Assembly: GCA_014729775.1 (NCBI GenBank)
Contig: WJJJ01000031.1
Coordinates: 7,074 to 71,073 of the forward strand
DNA: 64,000 nucleotides
Reading direction: 5' to 3'
DNA from: Candidatus Omnitrophota bacterium
GTDB taxonomy: Bacteria > Omnitrophota > Gorgyraeia > Duberdicusellales > 4484-171
The notes below the pieces were generated by a model that saw nothing but the letters and a program-made list of their open reading frames with translations, was not told where the DNA came from and ran no database searches. Below, one piece after another: positions 39,845 through 56,379 of this stretch. A program made the position numbers and the translations under genes. Each line of letters starts with the position of its first letter. Within the stretch, counting starts at the first letter, position 1.

Positions 39845-42800
39845 TTTTCCACCTCGACTTCCCTGTATTTGTTCAGTCCTGTTCCCGCGGGAATCAAGTG
39901 TCCCACGATCACATTTTCTTTTAATCCCTGAAGATAGTCTATCTTTCCGGAGCTGGCGGCATCGGCAAGGACCCGGGTCGTTTCCTGGAAGCTCGCCGCC
40001 GAAATGAAGCTCTTGGTGCTCAGGCTCGCTTTAGTGATTCCCAGCAGCAGCGGAGAGGCGGTTGCGGGTTTCTTGCCTTTCTTGGTGGCTTCCAGGTTGC
40101 CTCTGCGGAATTCCCATTTATCAACCGCTTCTCCCGGTAAGAATTCAGTATCGCCGCCGTTGATAATTTTGACTTTTTTCAGCATTTCCCGGATGATGAG
40201 CTCAATGTGTTTGTCATTGATGCGGACGCCCTGAAGACGGTACACTTCCTGCACTTCGTTTACCAGATATTCCTGCAGGACTTTATCGCCGCAGACGCGG
40301 AGAATGTCCTGAAGAACGGTCGGTCCTTCGGTAAGCTGCTGTCCGGCGCTTACCTGATCACCGCGGTAGACGACAGGATGGCTTCCCGCGGGAATCGTAT
40401 ACTCCCGTGTCATGCCCGTTGAACTTCTTACCAGTATTTTTCGTTCTCCTTTTTCTTCTTTAAATTCGACGAATCCTTCGATTTCGCTGATGATCGCCGG
40501 ATTCTTCGGTTTTCTCGCTTCAAATAATTCAGCCACCCGCGGCAGTCCGGCGGTAATATCGCGCGTTTTCGCGACCAGCCGGGGAGTTTTGGCGATGATG
40601 TCGCCTGCGCCGACTTTTTCCCCCTCGTCAAGCATGATGTGAGCGCCGGTAGGCAAGGGGTAGATACCGAGCACTTCTTTTTCGTCTTCGGAGATGATGA
40701 GCAGCTGCGGATGATAGTCGCCTTTGAATTCGACGACGACGCGTTCTTTCCTTCCCGTGGTCAGGTTCATCTCTTCCTGAATCGTGATTTTGTCGATCAT
40801 ATCTTCATATTTCACTTTTCCGTTTACTTCGGTGAGGATCGGAGAGGAGAACGGATCCCAACGCACGAAAATTTTACCTTTCTCTACGGTGTCTCCTTCG
40901 GAATTGAGGATAAAGGCTCCCTGAGGGACCGGATTGCGCTGGAGTTCTATTCCTTTGTCGTCGGTTAAGCTCACCATTCCGTTGCGGTTAAGGACGACAT
41001 AATGTTTCCCTTTTGATACCACTTTCAGATTATGAAACGAGACCGTCCCTTTATTCCGCGCTTTAATAAAGGCCCGTTCCGCTACCCGGGATGCGGTTCC
41101 GCCGATATGAAACGTGCGCATGGTCAGCTGAGTTCCGGGTTCGCCGATTGACTGGGCGGCGATGACGCCGACCGCTTCGCCGATCTCCACGATTTTTCCG
41201 GTCGCGAGGTTTCGCCCGTAGCATTTCGCGCATACTCCCCGTTCCGTTTCACAGGTCAGCCCGCTGCGAATTCGTATTTTCTCAAGTCCGAGCCGTTCGA
41301 TCTTGTCGGCTTTTTCGTCGGTGATTTCGTCACCGGATTTCACGATGACCTCATCGGTGATCACATCGACAATATTATCGAGCGCGACCCGGCCCACCAC
41401 CCGTTCACGAAGAGACACCACGACTTCGTCTCCTTCGACGATTTCCGAAACCGTGATCCCCTTGACCGTTTGACAGTCCTCTTCGATGACGATTACTTCC
41501 TGGGCTACATCGACGAGGCGTCGGGTGAGGTATCCCGCGTCCGCGGTTTTTAAGGCGGTATCGGCGAGTCCTTTTCGCGCGCCGTGCGTGGAAATAAAAA
41601 ATTCCAGCACGCTCAGTCCTTCGCGGAAATTAGACGTCACCGGGGTTTCGATGATCTCTCCTGAAGGTTTTGCCATCAGTCCGCGCATTCCGGAGAGCTG
41701 TTTGATCTGTGGTTTTGATCCCCGTGCGCCGGAATCGGCCATCATGAAAATGGGATTGAACTTATCCATTGATTTGAACACCAGATCCGCGACGCGGTCG
41801 GTCGTCCTGGTCCAGACGTCGATGATCTTATTATGGCGTTCGCGTTCGGTGATAATCCCTTTTCGGTACTGATCGTGTACCTTTGTAAGTTCCTGATTCG
41901 TTTCGCCGATACAGTCTTTTTTCTGAGGGGGGATCACGAGGTCACCGACTGCGATGCTGATCCCGCCGAGTGTTGCATATTCAAAGCCGAGTTCTTTGAT
42001 TTTATCGAGCAGTTGGATCGTTTCCGCGTGTCCGCAGGTACTGTAGCACTGGCTGATCAGCGCCGAAACGTTCTTTTTTCCCAGAGGTTTGTTCACGTAG
42101 GAGAAACCTTCGGGAAGTATTTGATTGAACATCACGCGTCCGACGGTCGTTTCTATGATGGTATCTTTCTTTTCCGACTTTTCTTTTTCCTGGTCTTCTC
42201 CCACATAGGACGGATAGCGGATTTTAATTTTCGTGTGTAATTCGATTTCTTCGTCCTGGAAAGCGGTCATCATTTCCTCGGGAGATGAAAACATGAGTCC
42301 TTCACCCCGGGCGCCTTCTTTTTCCAGCGTGAGGTAGCGGCAGCCGACGATCATATCCTGGCTGGGCGTAATAATCGGCCGTCCGTCTGCCGGAGAAAAG
42401 ATGTTGTTGACCGACAGCATCAGTATTTTCGCCTCGGACTGTGCCTCGAGGGACAAGGGTACGTGAACGGCCATCTGGTCACCGTCGAAATCAGCGTTAA
42501 ACGGTGCGCAGACCAGCGGATGAAGTTTGATCGCTTTCCCTTCCACGAGTACCGGATAAAAAGCCTGAATACTGAGCCGGTGCAGTGTCGGTGCGCGGTT
42601 GAGCAATACCGGATGTCCGTGAATAACTTCTTCGAGGATATCCCAGACTTCTACCCTTGCCCGTTCCACCATACGCCGGGCTCCTTTGACCGTGTGTACG
42701 AATCCTTTTTCTCTCAGTTTTTTAATGATAAACGGTTCAAACAGTTCAAGTGCCATTTGTTTGGGGAGACCGCATTCATGGAGTTTTAGTTCAGGTCCGA

Positions 42801-43835
42801 CCACGATGACGCTCCGGCCGGAGTAGTCAACTCGTTTTCCTAAGAGATTTTGCCGGAACCGTCCCTGTTTTCCCTTAAGCATGTCCGATAAGCTTTTCAG
42901 GGGGCGGTTCTGCGGGCCCATGACCGGGCGGCCGTGCCGTCCGTTTTCCAAGAGGGCGTCGACCGCTTCCTGGAGCATTCGTTTTTCGTTCCGGATAATG
43001 ATATCCGGCGCTCCGAGCGAGATCAGTTTCTTCAACCGGTTGTTCCTGTTGATTACGCGGCGGTAAAGATCGTTCAGATCCGACGAGGCAAACCGTCCTC
43101 CCTCCAATGGAACCAGCGGGCGCAGATCCGGCGGGATCACCGGGACAATATCGAGCACAAGCCATTCAGGATTATTTCCTGACCGGCGGAAATCCTCGAT
43201 GATTTTGAGCCTTTTTAATAAACGTTTGTTGGCACTACTTTTACTATTCGCGATGTCTTTCCGTATGGATTTGGCGAGTTTCGCGATATCCATTTGGCCC
43301 AACAGGATGCGGATCGCCTCTGCTCCGATGTGCGCTTTGAATTCGTTCCCGTGTTCTTCCCGGGCTTTCCGGTATTCGTCTTCGTTCAGCAGCTGCTGGG
43401 GCTTTAATGGAGAGTTTCCGGGGTCGGTGACGATATATTCTTCATAATAAATGACTTTTTCGAGCTCTTTCATGGACAGATCCATCAGTGCTCCCATGCG
43501 CGAAGGCAGGACCTTATAGAACCAGATGTGGGTTACCGGCGCTGCCAGATCTATGTGGCCCATTCGCTGGCGCCGGACAGAGGAATGCAGTACCTCCACT
43601 CCACACCGGTCGCATTTCGTACCCTTGAATTTTATGCCTTTCAGTTTTCCGCAGTGACATTCCCAGTCTTTGGACGGTCCGAATATTTTTTCGCAGAACA
43701 ACCCGTCCTTTTCCGGTTTTAAGGTGCGGTAATTGAGTGTTTCGGCTTTTTTGACTTCTCCGGAAGACCAACTTTTGATCACCTCGGCGGAAGCCAGGTG
43801 GATTGCGATCCGATCGAAAAAACTCACTTCTTCAA

Positions 43836-43839
<4 letters not shown>
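39832..43839 (-). CDS. rpoC: RNA polymerase beta' subunit
   Basis: [12 protein letters not shown], Zn fingers, [13 protein letters not shown]. Confidence 0.99.
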
Positions 43840-47252
<3,413 letters not shown>

Positions 47253-47267
47253 ATCGCGCCTCCTCGT

Positions 47268-47645
47268 TTATTTCAATTCGACGGTTCCTCCTGCGGCTTC
47301 GATTTTTTTCTTGATCTCTTCCGCATCTTCTTTGGTAGTGTTCTCTTTCAGTTCTTTAGGGGCGGAATCGACCAGTTCTTTCGCTTCTTTCAATCCGAGA
47401 TCGGTGATCGAGCGTACTTCCTTAATGACCGCGATTTTGTTTGAGCCGGCTCCGGTCAGCATGACCGTGAACGCAGTCTTTTCCTCTTCTTCCTCTCCGC
47501 CTCCCGCGGGCGCGGCCCCTGCTGCGGCCACTACCGGAGCGCTTGCGGTAACCCCGAATTTCTCCTCGCACGCTTTCACGAGTTCAGACAGCTCAAGGAC
47601 AGTCATGTCCTCTACCATTTTCAGTACATCTTCGACTTTAGACAT
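47268..47645 (-). CDS. rplL: 50S ribosomal protein L7/L12
   Basis: [23 protein letters not shown]. Confidence 0.98.
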   Translation of the reverse strand: MSKVEDVLKMVEDMTVLELSELVKACEEKFGVTASAPVVAAAGAAPAGGGEEEEEKTAFTVMLTGAGSNKIAVIKEVRSITDLGLKEAKELVDSAPKELKENTTKEDAEEIKKKIEAAGGTVELK

Positions 47646-47711
47646 AGCTAACCTCCTTTTCCGAATGAAAATACATAGTGGGTGCGTGAGAACGCATGGT
47701 TCGTATCATGT

Positions 47712-48248
47712 TTATTTCGACTCCTGATCTTTCTTTTTCTTCATTTCTTCGAGCAGCCATACGAATTTCTGGATCGTCTGGTTCAGCACCGAAACGAATC
47801 CGGTAAGCGGAGACGCCAGTCCCCGTACGGCCGTTCCGAGAAGAACTTCTTTAGGCGGGAGTTTCGCTAAGCTCTGGAATTCTTCCTGAGATAATGACTT
47901 TTCCTGCAGAATTCCGCCGCGGACTTGAAAATTTTCATTTTCCTTGGAAAAATCGGCAAGTACTTTACACGCGCCGATGATATCGTTTTCGTAAATGAAT
48001 ACCGCGCCGGTTTCGCCCTGAATGAACTGCTGAGCATCGGGGTGTCCGAATTCTTCAAAGACCCTTTTGAAAAGCGTGTTCTTGGTCACGAATACTTCCG
48101 CACCGTTACGGCGCAGATCATTGCGGATAGAAGAAACCGCGGCTGAGGGGATCTTGTTAATGCCGATGAACAAACATGCGTTGCTTTGTTCGAAATGATT
48201 TTTTACTTCCTGGGACAGCTTGTTGCGTGCGAGTACTCCTACTTTCAT
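47712..48248 (-). CDS. rplJ: 50S ribosomal protein L10
   Basis: VTKNTLF, LAKLPPKE; position between rplA and rplL; start at 48248. Confidence 0.93.
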   Translation of the reverse strand: MKVGVLARNKLSQEVKNHFEQSNACLFIGINKIPSAAVSSIRNDLRRNGAEVFVTKNTLFKRVFEEFGHPDAQQFIQGETGAVFIYENDIIGACKVLADFSKENENFQVRGGILQEKSLSQEEFQSLAKLPPKEVLLGTAVRGLASPLTGFVSVLNQTIQKFVWLLEEMKKKKDQESK

Positions 48249-48250
48249 GA

Positions 48251-48931
48251 TTATACCTGGATTTTTAACGACGGACTCATCGTCGTACAAAGATAGCATG
48301 ATTTTAAAAATTCCCCTTTCACTGAAGACGGTCGTGCTCCCCGCAGTGCGTTCACGAACGCGGCTACGTTTTTCATCAGTGCTTCTTCGGAAAAGGAAAG
48401 TTTTCCCAGTCCGGTGTGCACACACCCCATTTTATCCATCCGGAAATCGATCTTGCCCCGTTTGGCCTGGCTTATCGCGTGTTCGATATTTTCGGTCACG
48501 GTTCCGGTTTTGGGGGACGGCATCAGACCGCGCGGTCCGAGCAGTTTCCCAAGCCGTCCGACGAGTTTCATCATTCCCGGAGTCGAGATGCATTGATCAA
48601 ACTCAAGCCAGTTTTCTTTTTGGATTTTTTCCACTACTTCCTGCGAACCGAGATAATCGGCTCCGGCTTTTTTTGCCGCTTCTTCCTTTTCCGGTTCGCA
48701 AAAGACCAGTACCCGTATCTCTTTCCCGGTGCCTTCCGGCAGTACTACCGATCCTCGTACCATTTGATCGGACTGCCGCGGATTCACCCCGAGCTGACAG
48801 CAGAATTCGATTGTTTCGTCGAATCCCGCCGACGGCATTTTTTTCAGCAGTTCTATTGCTTCGTTCAGCTCGTACGCTTTCTGGGTTTCTTTCAGTTCAA
48901 GTGCCTGGGAATATCGTTTGCTTCGTTTCAT
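48251..48931 (-). CDS. rplA: 50S ribosomal protein L1
   Basis: [27 protein letters not shown]. Confidence 0.98.
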   Translation of the reverse strand: MKRSKRYSQALELKETQKAYELNEAIELLKKMPSAGFDETIEFCCQLGVNPRQSDQMVRGSVVLPEGTGKEIRVLVFCEPEKEEAAKKAGADYLGSQEVVEKIQKENWLEFDQCISTPGMMKLVGRLGKLLGPRGLMPSPKTGTVTENIEHAISQAKRGKIDFRMDKMGCVHTGLGKLSFSEEALMKNVAAFVNALRGARPSSVKGEFLKSCYLCTTMSPSLKIQV

Positions 48932-49365
48932 TCTTTCACCTTTATCCCGGCACTGCGCGCCGTGCCTTCAATGATCCGCATCGCGTGTTCTATGTCGATC
49001 GTGTTTAAATCTTCCATTTTTTCCTTGGCGATTTCTCTGATCTGTTCCTTCGTGACTTCTCCGATTACTTCTTTCCCCGCGGTTCCGCTCGCTTTGGCGA
49101 GGTTTGCCGCCCGTTTAAGCAATACCGCGGCCGGAGGACTTTTTAATACGAAATCAAAGGAGCGGTCTTCATAGACGTTGATAACCACCGGCAGGATAAT
49201 GCCTTCTTTTTGTTTGGTTGCGTCGTTAAACGCTTTACAAAACTGCATTATCTGCACGCCGTGCTGTCCCAGTGCGGGTCCCACGGGCGGAGCCGGATTC
49301 GCCGCGCCGGCAGGAATCTGGAGTTTAATCTGCGCCGCCGGTTTTTTCTTTTTCTTTTTTGCCAT
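48928..49365 (-). CDS. rplK: 50S ribosomal protein L11
   Basis: [22 protein letters not shown]. Confidence 0.98.
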   Translation of the reverse strand: MAKKKKKKPAAQIKLQIPAGAANPAPPVGPALGQHGVQIMQFCKAFNDATKQKEGIILPVVINVYEDRSFDFVLKSPPAAVLLKRAANLAKASGTAGKEVIGEVTKEQIREIAKEKMEDLNTIDIEHAMRIIEGTARSAGIKVKE

Positions 49366-49380
49366 GCCTCGCTCCGTTCC

Positions 49381-49908
49381 TTAAATTTTTTCCACCTGCC
49401 AGAATTCCAGTTCTACCGGGGTAGTTCTTCCGAAAATTGATACGTTCACCCTTAATTTCCCCTTTTCGGGATATACTTCCTCCACAATTCCGTTAAAGTT
49501 CACGAAAGGCCCCTCCACTACGCGTATATTCTCCCCTCGTTCAAAACTTACCTTGGGGGCGGGTTTTTCTTTACTTTCTTCGGCTTTGGTCAGAATCTTG
49601 TCTACTTCTTCTTGTGATATAGGTAAGGGCTTACGCCGGGGTCCTATAAAAGTGGTAATTCCCGGAGTTTTTTTCACGAACAGCCAGCTGTCATCGTTCA
49701 TTTCCATATGCACCAGCATGTATCCCGGGAAGAATTTTCTTTCTAAAACCCTTTTTTTTCCCAGTTTGACTTCTGTGACCTGTTCCTTGGGAATCACGAT
49801 TTGATCAATCGTGTCTTCGTATCCGTGCGCTTTCACCCGCGATTCCAGATTCGCCTTGGTTTTTTCTTCAGCTCCGCTCAGCGTATGGAGGATATACCAT
49901 TGTTTCAT
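49381..49908 (-). CDS. nusG: Transcription factor NusG
   Basis: FFPGY, GPFVNFNG, SIFGRTTPVEL. Confidence 0.98.
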   Translation of the reverse strand: MKQWYILHTLSGAEEKTKANLESRVKAHGYEDTIDQIVIPKEQVTEVKLGKKRVLERKFFPGYMLVHMEMNDDSWLFVKKTPGITTFIGPRRKPLPISQEEVDKILTKAEESKEKPAPKVSFERGENIRVVEGPFVNFNGIVEEVYPEKGKLRVNVSIFGRTTPVELEFWQVEKI

Positions 49909-49916
49909 AATAACCT

Positions 49917-50114
49917 TTAATACTGCAGAAAGAACCTGACTGCTTGCGAAAGCCCTAGATCAATCACGCCGATGTAAGTGGTGAGAAATGCGGCGACGAC
50001 GATGACGATTGCGGTCGCGCTCAGCAGTTCCTGGCGGCTCGCCCAGTTAATGCGCTGAAATTCCTCCCGGACCTCTTTGAAAAATTTCGGCAGTGTTTTA
50101 ATTTTTTTAATCAT
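49917..50114 (-). CDS. secE: Preprotein translocase SecE
   Basis: FFKEVREEFQRINWAS plus one TM; upstream of nusG. Confidence 0.93.
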   Translation of the reverse strand: MIKKIKTLPKFFKEVREEFQRINWASRQELLSATAIVIVVAAFLTTYIGVIDLGLSQAVRFFLQY

Positions 50115-50147
50115 GCTGCGTCTGTGTATTTCGATTGTCTCTTAACG

Positions 50148-50220
50148 CAGGCGAGGCAGGAATCGAACCTGCAGCCCTCGGTTTTGGAGACCGATGCTCT
50201 GCCAATTGAGCTACTCGCCT
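50148..50220 (-). tRNA. tRNA-Trp(CCA)
   Basis: TCGGT-CTCCAAA-ACCGA anticodon arm; canonical rpmG-trnW-secE position. Confidence 0.96.
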
Positions 50221-50248
50221 AAGGCGAATTCGTGATATGTAGAGAGCA

Positions 50249-50401
50249 TCAAGCTTTCGTTTCGCGATGCTGCGTATGCGCACGGCACGCCCGGCAGAAC
50301 TTACGGATTTCCATTTTTTCAGGATGTTTCCGTTTGTTCTTCGTCGGATAATAATTTTTTCGTTTACACTCGGTACAGCGTAATGCGATTAATTCTCTCA
50401 T
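50249..50401 (-). CDS. rpmG: 50S ribosomal protein L33 (Zn type; below ORF-track cutoff)
   Basis: Manual translation MRELIALRCTECKRKNYYPTKNKRKHPEKMEIRKFCRACRAHTQHRETKA. Confidence 0.96.
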   Translation of the reverse strand: MRELIALRCTECKRKNYYPTKNKRKHPEKMEIRKFCRACRAHTQHRETKA

Positions 50402-50459
50402 GCTTCTTCAATAGGTTAGACCGCCCCTTCGGGCGTAAGGTACCATTGATTTTTAGATA

Positions 50460-50532
<73 letters not shown>

Positions 50533-50570
50533 GTCTATGTGCGCAGGCGCTTCCAAGGTGCAATTTTTAA

Positions 50571-50598
50571 ATATTACTATAAAGAATAGATTTGTCAA
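50571..50598 (-). promoter_or_regulatory. Putative promoter at head of the ribosomal superoperon
   Basis: TTGACA-16 nt-TAATAT. Confidence 0.6.
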
Positions 50599-50665
50599 GA
50601 GAAAAATGGACCTTTTTCATTTGAAACCGCTGATCCGGGTGTTCTCAGCAAGGTGATGGGTGCTT

Positions 50666-50705
50666 CAGCGCAGCGGTCCGGGAACCAGCCCGGACCGCTG
50701 CGCTG
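50666..50705. repeat. Perfect 17-bp inverted repeat downstream of tRNA-fMet (terminator-like or stabilising hairpin)
   Basis: CAGCGCAGCGGTCCGGG-aaccag-CCCGGACCGCTGCGCTG. Confidence 0.7.
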
Positions 50706-50721
50706 CGCGTGAAAAAACGGT

Positions 50722-50798
50722 TGGTTGCGGGGAGAGGATTTGAACCTCTGACCTCAAGGTTATGAGCCTTGCGAGCTACCTGGCTGCTCCACCCCGCG
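50722..50798 (-). tRNA. Initiator tRNA-fMet(CAT)
   Basis: C1:A72 mismatch, CGCGGGGTGGAGCAG start, CTCATAA loop, encoded CCA. Confidence 0.95.
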
Positions 50799-50822
50799 AA
50801 AGTGTATTTCACCGTTCACGCT

Positions 50823-50850
50823 ATTGTAATCTTTTTTTTCGGTTTGTCAA
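50823..50850 (-). promoter_or_regulatory. Putative tRNA-fMet promoter
   Basis: TTGACA-16 nt-TACAAT. Confidence 0.7.
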
Positions 50851-50984
50851 CCTCACGCCTCCGCTTTTTCGCAGGATCCCGGGGGCTTTGAAGTACAGTA
50901 TAAAGCGAAATCCCGGCAGGCGCGCTGCGCCTGCGGGAGAACCCGTCCCCCGTTCTTTGAGAAAGATACGTGACGGAGCGTAAA

Positions 50985-51059
50985 TAGCCCCAACGGGATT
51001 CGAACCCGTGTCTGATGGCTGAGAACCACCTGTCCTGGGCCAGGCTAGACGATGGGGCC
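50985..51059 (-). tRNA. tRNA-Glu(CTC)
   Basis: GGCCCCATCGTCTAG start, GGTGG-TTCTCAG-CCATC anticodon arm. Confidence 0.93.
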
Positions 51060-51100
51060 GAAATGACAAACAACCTAGTCCTGCGTCAGGAATTACTACT

Positions 51101-51128
51101 ATTCTATGCAGAAAACATATTCTGTCAA
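51101..51128 (-). promoter_or_regulatory. Putative tRNA-Glu promoter
   Basis: TTGACA-16 nt-TAGAAT. Confidence 0.7.
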
Positions 51129-51235
51129 TAGTCCAATGGTGAAAACGGTTACTTTTTTTCTCTTTTCGCGGTTGTTTTGACCTTTTTCTTCATGGTAAGC
51201 TTAACCGAGGCCCGTATAGGGTCTTAAGCCACGGA

Positions 51236-51266
51236 CCCTCTCCCGCAAGGGGGAGGGGTTTTTTTT
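51236..51266 (+). terminator. Intrinsic terminator with no upstream + strand gene
   Basis: CCCTCTCCC-GCAA-GGGGGAGGG followed by G and T8. Confidence 0.75.
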
Positions 51267-51360
51267 GAAGGAACGCTTCCGGATGCGCTGGATCTTTGAT
51301 ACTGAATGAGAGAGACTGGAGAGAAAAAGCAGCGCACAAGATATCAACGGTTCCAAACAG

Positions 51361-51396
51361 AAAAAAAGACACGCCCCGGCAGTCGCCGGGGCGTGT
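51361..51396 (-). terminator. groESL intrinsic terminator
   Basis: ACACGCCCCGGC-4 nt-GCCGGGGCGTGT then T7 on the minus strand. Confidence 0.85.
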
Positions 51397-51426
51397 GTGT
51401 ATCACGTTTGGGGAGCGCGCGGCGGT

Positions 51427-53405
<1,979 letters not shown>

Positions 53406-53430
53406 CGATCCACCTCCTGTGTTTATGAAA

Positions 53431-53457
53431 TTAGCAATCCTGTCCCTCGAGTGCTAA
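53431..53457 (-). promoter_or_regulatory. CIRCE element (HrcA operator)
   Basis: TTAGCACTC-N9-GATTGCTAA (1 mismatch to consensus), immediately after TTGACA-16-TATAAT (53485-53458). Confidence 0.9.
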
Positions 53458-53504
53458 ATTATACTCGGTCACTGTTCGTTGTCAAGAGATTTTCAGAAAT
53501 TTTC

Positions 53505-54251
53505 TCAAAATTTTTTGCGCGGGGGGAGTTTTCCGGCTAAGGAACGCATGCCGTGAAAGACCAAAAAAGGCTCGTAATGGGAGGGAAACTGCAGTTGCGG
53601 CATAATGTGGGGAGCGTCTCCTCCGGTAATCAGTATTGGCGCGCGGCGGTCAAAGTGCAGCCGCCGGCGGTATTTTTCGACCATCCCGTTGATCATTTCC
53701 GCAAAGCCCTCTCGGACTCCTCTGCGGATACTCTCGTCAGTATCCCGCGGGATGACCGACCTATCCCGCTGCTGTTCGGGGGGGAGCGCGATTTGCTCCG
53801 GCAGCAGCGCGCAGGAGGAAAATACGCGCAGGGTTGAACCCACGCCGGGAAGGATCAGTCCGCCTTCATACGTTCCCCGCGGAGAAAGGATGTCCATCGT
53901 GATCGCCGTGCCAAAGTCTATGACCAGCCGCGTACCCGGATGGGTTAGCGTCGCGGCATAGGCGCAGACCAGCCGGTCGATACCTACGGTACGACGGTCA
54001 TAGCGGCATTCGATCGGTACTTCGATATCCGTACCGATGAACCGGACGTTTTTTTTTAGCTTCAGAAACAGGTCTGAAATCTTCGGTACGACGGAACACA
54101 CAAGAATATTTTCGTCCGGGACCGAAGAAAAGCTTACTATGAGCGAGCGGAGCGAAACGTGTTCGGTGTCGATCGACCAGGGCGACAGCTCGGGAAAGGT
54201 ATCGTCCCGGACACAGGTAATGTGCGTGTTTCCCACATCGGCAAGTATCAT
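53505..54251 (-). CDS. coaX: Type III pantothenate kinase
   Basis: ADVGNTH, GIDR, VIDFGTAIT, GGLILPG, TGGDA; start at ATG 54251. Confidence 0.93.
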   Translation of the reverse strand: MILADVGNTHITCVRDDTFPELSPWSIDTEHVSLRSLIVSFSSVPDENILVCSVVPKISDLFLKLKKNVRFIGTDIEVPIECRYDRRTVGIDRLVCAYAATLTHPGTRLVIDFGTAITMDILSPRGTYEGGLILPGVGSTLRVFSSCALLPEQIALPPEQQRDRSVIPRDTDESIRRGVREGFAEMINGMVEKYRRRLHFDRRAPILITGGDAPHIMPQLQFPSHYEPFLVFHGMRSLAGKLPPRKKF

Positions 54252-54303
54252 AGTGTCCAATTATATCACAATTCGGCTGTCATAAAAGTCCCGAGACCTT
54301 GGG

Positions 54304-56340
54304 TCATTTTTTTCTTCGCCTCGGCCGTACGCGCCGGGGATCCCGTGGCTTTTCCCTGCGCGGCGCCGGCTGGGCGGCCGTTTCCTGTAATTTTTTTATG
54401 CGGTCACGCAGCCGGGCGGCTTTCTCAAATTGCATGTGCTCGGCGGCCAGAAACATTTCGGTTTCCAGCTCGGCGATTTTCTCGTGAATCTGAATGTCCG
54501 GAGAGTTCAGTTCCAGGTGTTCATTGAGTGCCTCTTCGTCCCGGAGATACATTTCAATTCCTTCACGCACCGCTTTTTGAATACTGGTGGGAGTGATGCG
54601 GTAGCGCCGGTTATAGGCCAGTTGTTTTTTCCTTCTTCTGCGGCTTTCGTCTATCGCCTGGCGCATGGATTTGGTGATCGAATCGGCGTACATGACGACT
54701 TTTCCGTTCACGTTGCGCGCGCATCTTCCCGCGATTTGTATGAGCGAGGTAGCCGACCGCAGGAATCCTTCCCGGTTGGCGTCAAGGATCGCGACCAGGG
54801 ATACCTCGGGAAGGTCGAGTCCTTCGCGAAGCAGATTGATGCCGACCACTGCGTCTATCGTTTTCATCCTCAGCTCTTTGAGTATTTTTGTCCGTTCCAG
54901 GGCATCGATCTCCGAGTGCAAATAGGTTACCTTGAGTCCTTCCTGCGCTAGATAATTGCTGAGTTCTTCCGCCATTCGTTTGGTCAGCGTCGTGATCAGC
55001 GTGCGTTCATTGCGTCCGGACCGCGTTTTTACTTCTCCGATGAGATCATCGATCTGGTTCCGGACAGGTCTCACCTCTATTTCCGGATCGGGCAGTCCGG
55101 TCGGCCGGATCACCTGCTCGACGATTCTTCCCCGGGAAAGGCTCCGTTCGTACTCGGCCGGAGTGGCCGAAACGAAAATAGTGTCTTGCGTCAGTTGACT
55201 GAATTCATCATAGCGAAGCGGCCGGTTGTCGAGACATGAGGGAAGCCGGAAACCGTAACGTACCAGGGTTTCTTTTCTCGAACGGTCGCCGGCGTACATT
55301 CCTCTTATCTGAGGAATGGTGACGTGACTTTCGTCGATTACGGTGAGAAAGTCATCGGGAAAATAATCGATCAGACAGTAGGGACGCGAGCCCGGGGGGC
55401 GCCCCGAAAGATGGCGTGAATAATTTTCGATCCCGTGGCAATAACCGAATTCTTTCAGCATTTCCATGTCATACTTGACCCGTGTGCGTAAACGGTGGGC
55501 TTCGAGCGTTTTCCCATCCTTGTCCAGGACAGAAAGGCGTTCCTTCAGTTCCCTTTCGATCGTGCCCAGCGCACCGGAGATTTTCTCTTCGGCCATGATA
55601 AAATGTTTGGCGGGATAAATTCCGATTTGGGCCAGGGCGGAAATTTTTTCTCCGGTGACGCGGTTGATTTCAAAAATATGCTCGATCTCATCGGCGAAGA
55701 ATTCTATCCGGATCGCGGTTTGTTTATAGGCCGGCGCGATATCGAGCGTGTCTCCTTTTACCCGGAACGTTCCCCGCCCAAAGTCATAATCGTTTCGCTC
55801 ATATTGAAGTTCGATCAACCTCCGGATCATGTCCTCGATGCCCGTCATTTCTCCTCTACGGATATAGAGAATAAGATCCATGTAGTCGCGGGGCGAGCCG
55901 AGATTGTAGATTGCCGAAACCGAGGCCACGACGAGGACGTCCCTGCGGGATACCAGGGAACTGGTGGTGGAAAGACGGAGGCGGTCGAGCTTTTCGTTGA
56001 TGGAGGCGTCTTTCTCAATATAGGTGTCGGTATGCGGAATATAACTTTCCGGCTGGTAGTAATCGTAATAACTGACAAAATACTCCACGGCGTTGCGGGG
56101 AAAGAATTCTTTGAATTCCGAATATAACTGGCTGGCCAGGGTTTTGTTGTGGGAAATGACCAGCGTCGGGCGGTTGACGCGGGCAATGACGTTGGCCAGG
56201 GTAAACGTTTTCCCCGATCCCGTGACCCCCAACAGGGTTTGATAGCGCCGTTGGCCACGGAGTCCGCGGACAAGATCGTCAATTGCCTGGGGCTGGTCTC
56301 CGGTCGGCTGAAATGAGCTTTCTAATTTGAATGTTTTCAT
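54304..56340 (-). CDS. uvrB: Excinuclease ABC subunit B
   Basis: GVTGSGKT, YYDYYQPE, DESH, FEKAARLRD. Confidence 0.98.
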   Translation of the reverse strand: MKTFKLESSFQPTGDQPQAIDDLVRGLRGQRRYQTLLGVTGSGKTFTLANVIARVNRPTLVISHNKTLASQLYSEFKEFFPRNAVEYFVSYYDYYQPESYIPHTDTYIEKDASINEKLDRLRLSTTSSLVSRRDVLVVASVSAIYNLGSPRDYMDLILYIRRGEMTGIEDMIRRLIELQYERNDYDFGRGTFRVKGDTLDIAPAYKQTAIRIEFFADEIEHIFEINRVTGEKISALAQIGIYPAKHFIMAEEKISGALGTIERELKERLSVLDKDGKTLEAHRLRTRVKYDMEMLKEFGYCHGIENYSRHLSGRPPGSRPYCLIDYFPDDFLTVIDESHVTIPQIRGMYAGDRSRKETLVRYGFRLPSCLDNRPLRYDEFSQLTQDTIFVSATPAEYERSLSRGRIVEQVIRPTGLPDPEIEVRPVRNQIDDLIGEVKTRSGRNERTLITTLTKRMAEELSNYLAQEGLKVTYLHSEIDALERTKILKELRMKTIDAVVGINLLREGLDLPEVSLVAILDANREGFLRSATSLIQIAGRCARNVNGKVVMYADSITKSMRQAIDESRRRRKKQLAYNRRYRITPTSIQKAVREGIEMYLRDEEALNEHLELNSPDIQIHEKIAELETEMFLAAEHMQFEKAARLRDRIKKLQETAAQPAPRREKPRDPRRVRPRRRKK

Positions 56341-56379
56341 ACGCGGATGCGCCGGATAGTTTCCTGAGCGGCGGACGGA

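Noticed and set aside
48249-48425. Extended L10 ORF overlapping rplA
   Set aside because: Normal-length L10 starts at ATG 48248.
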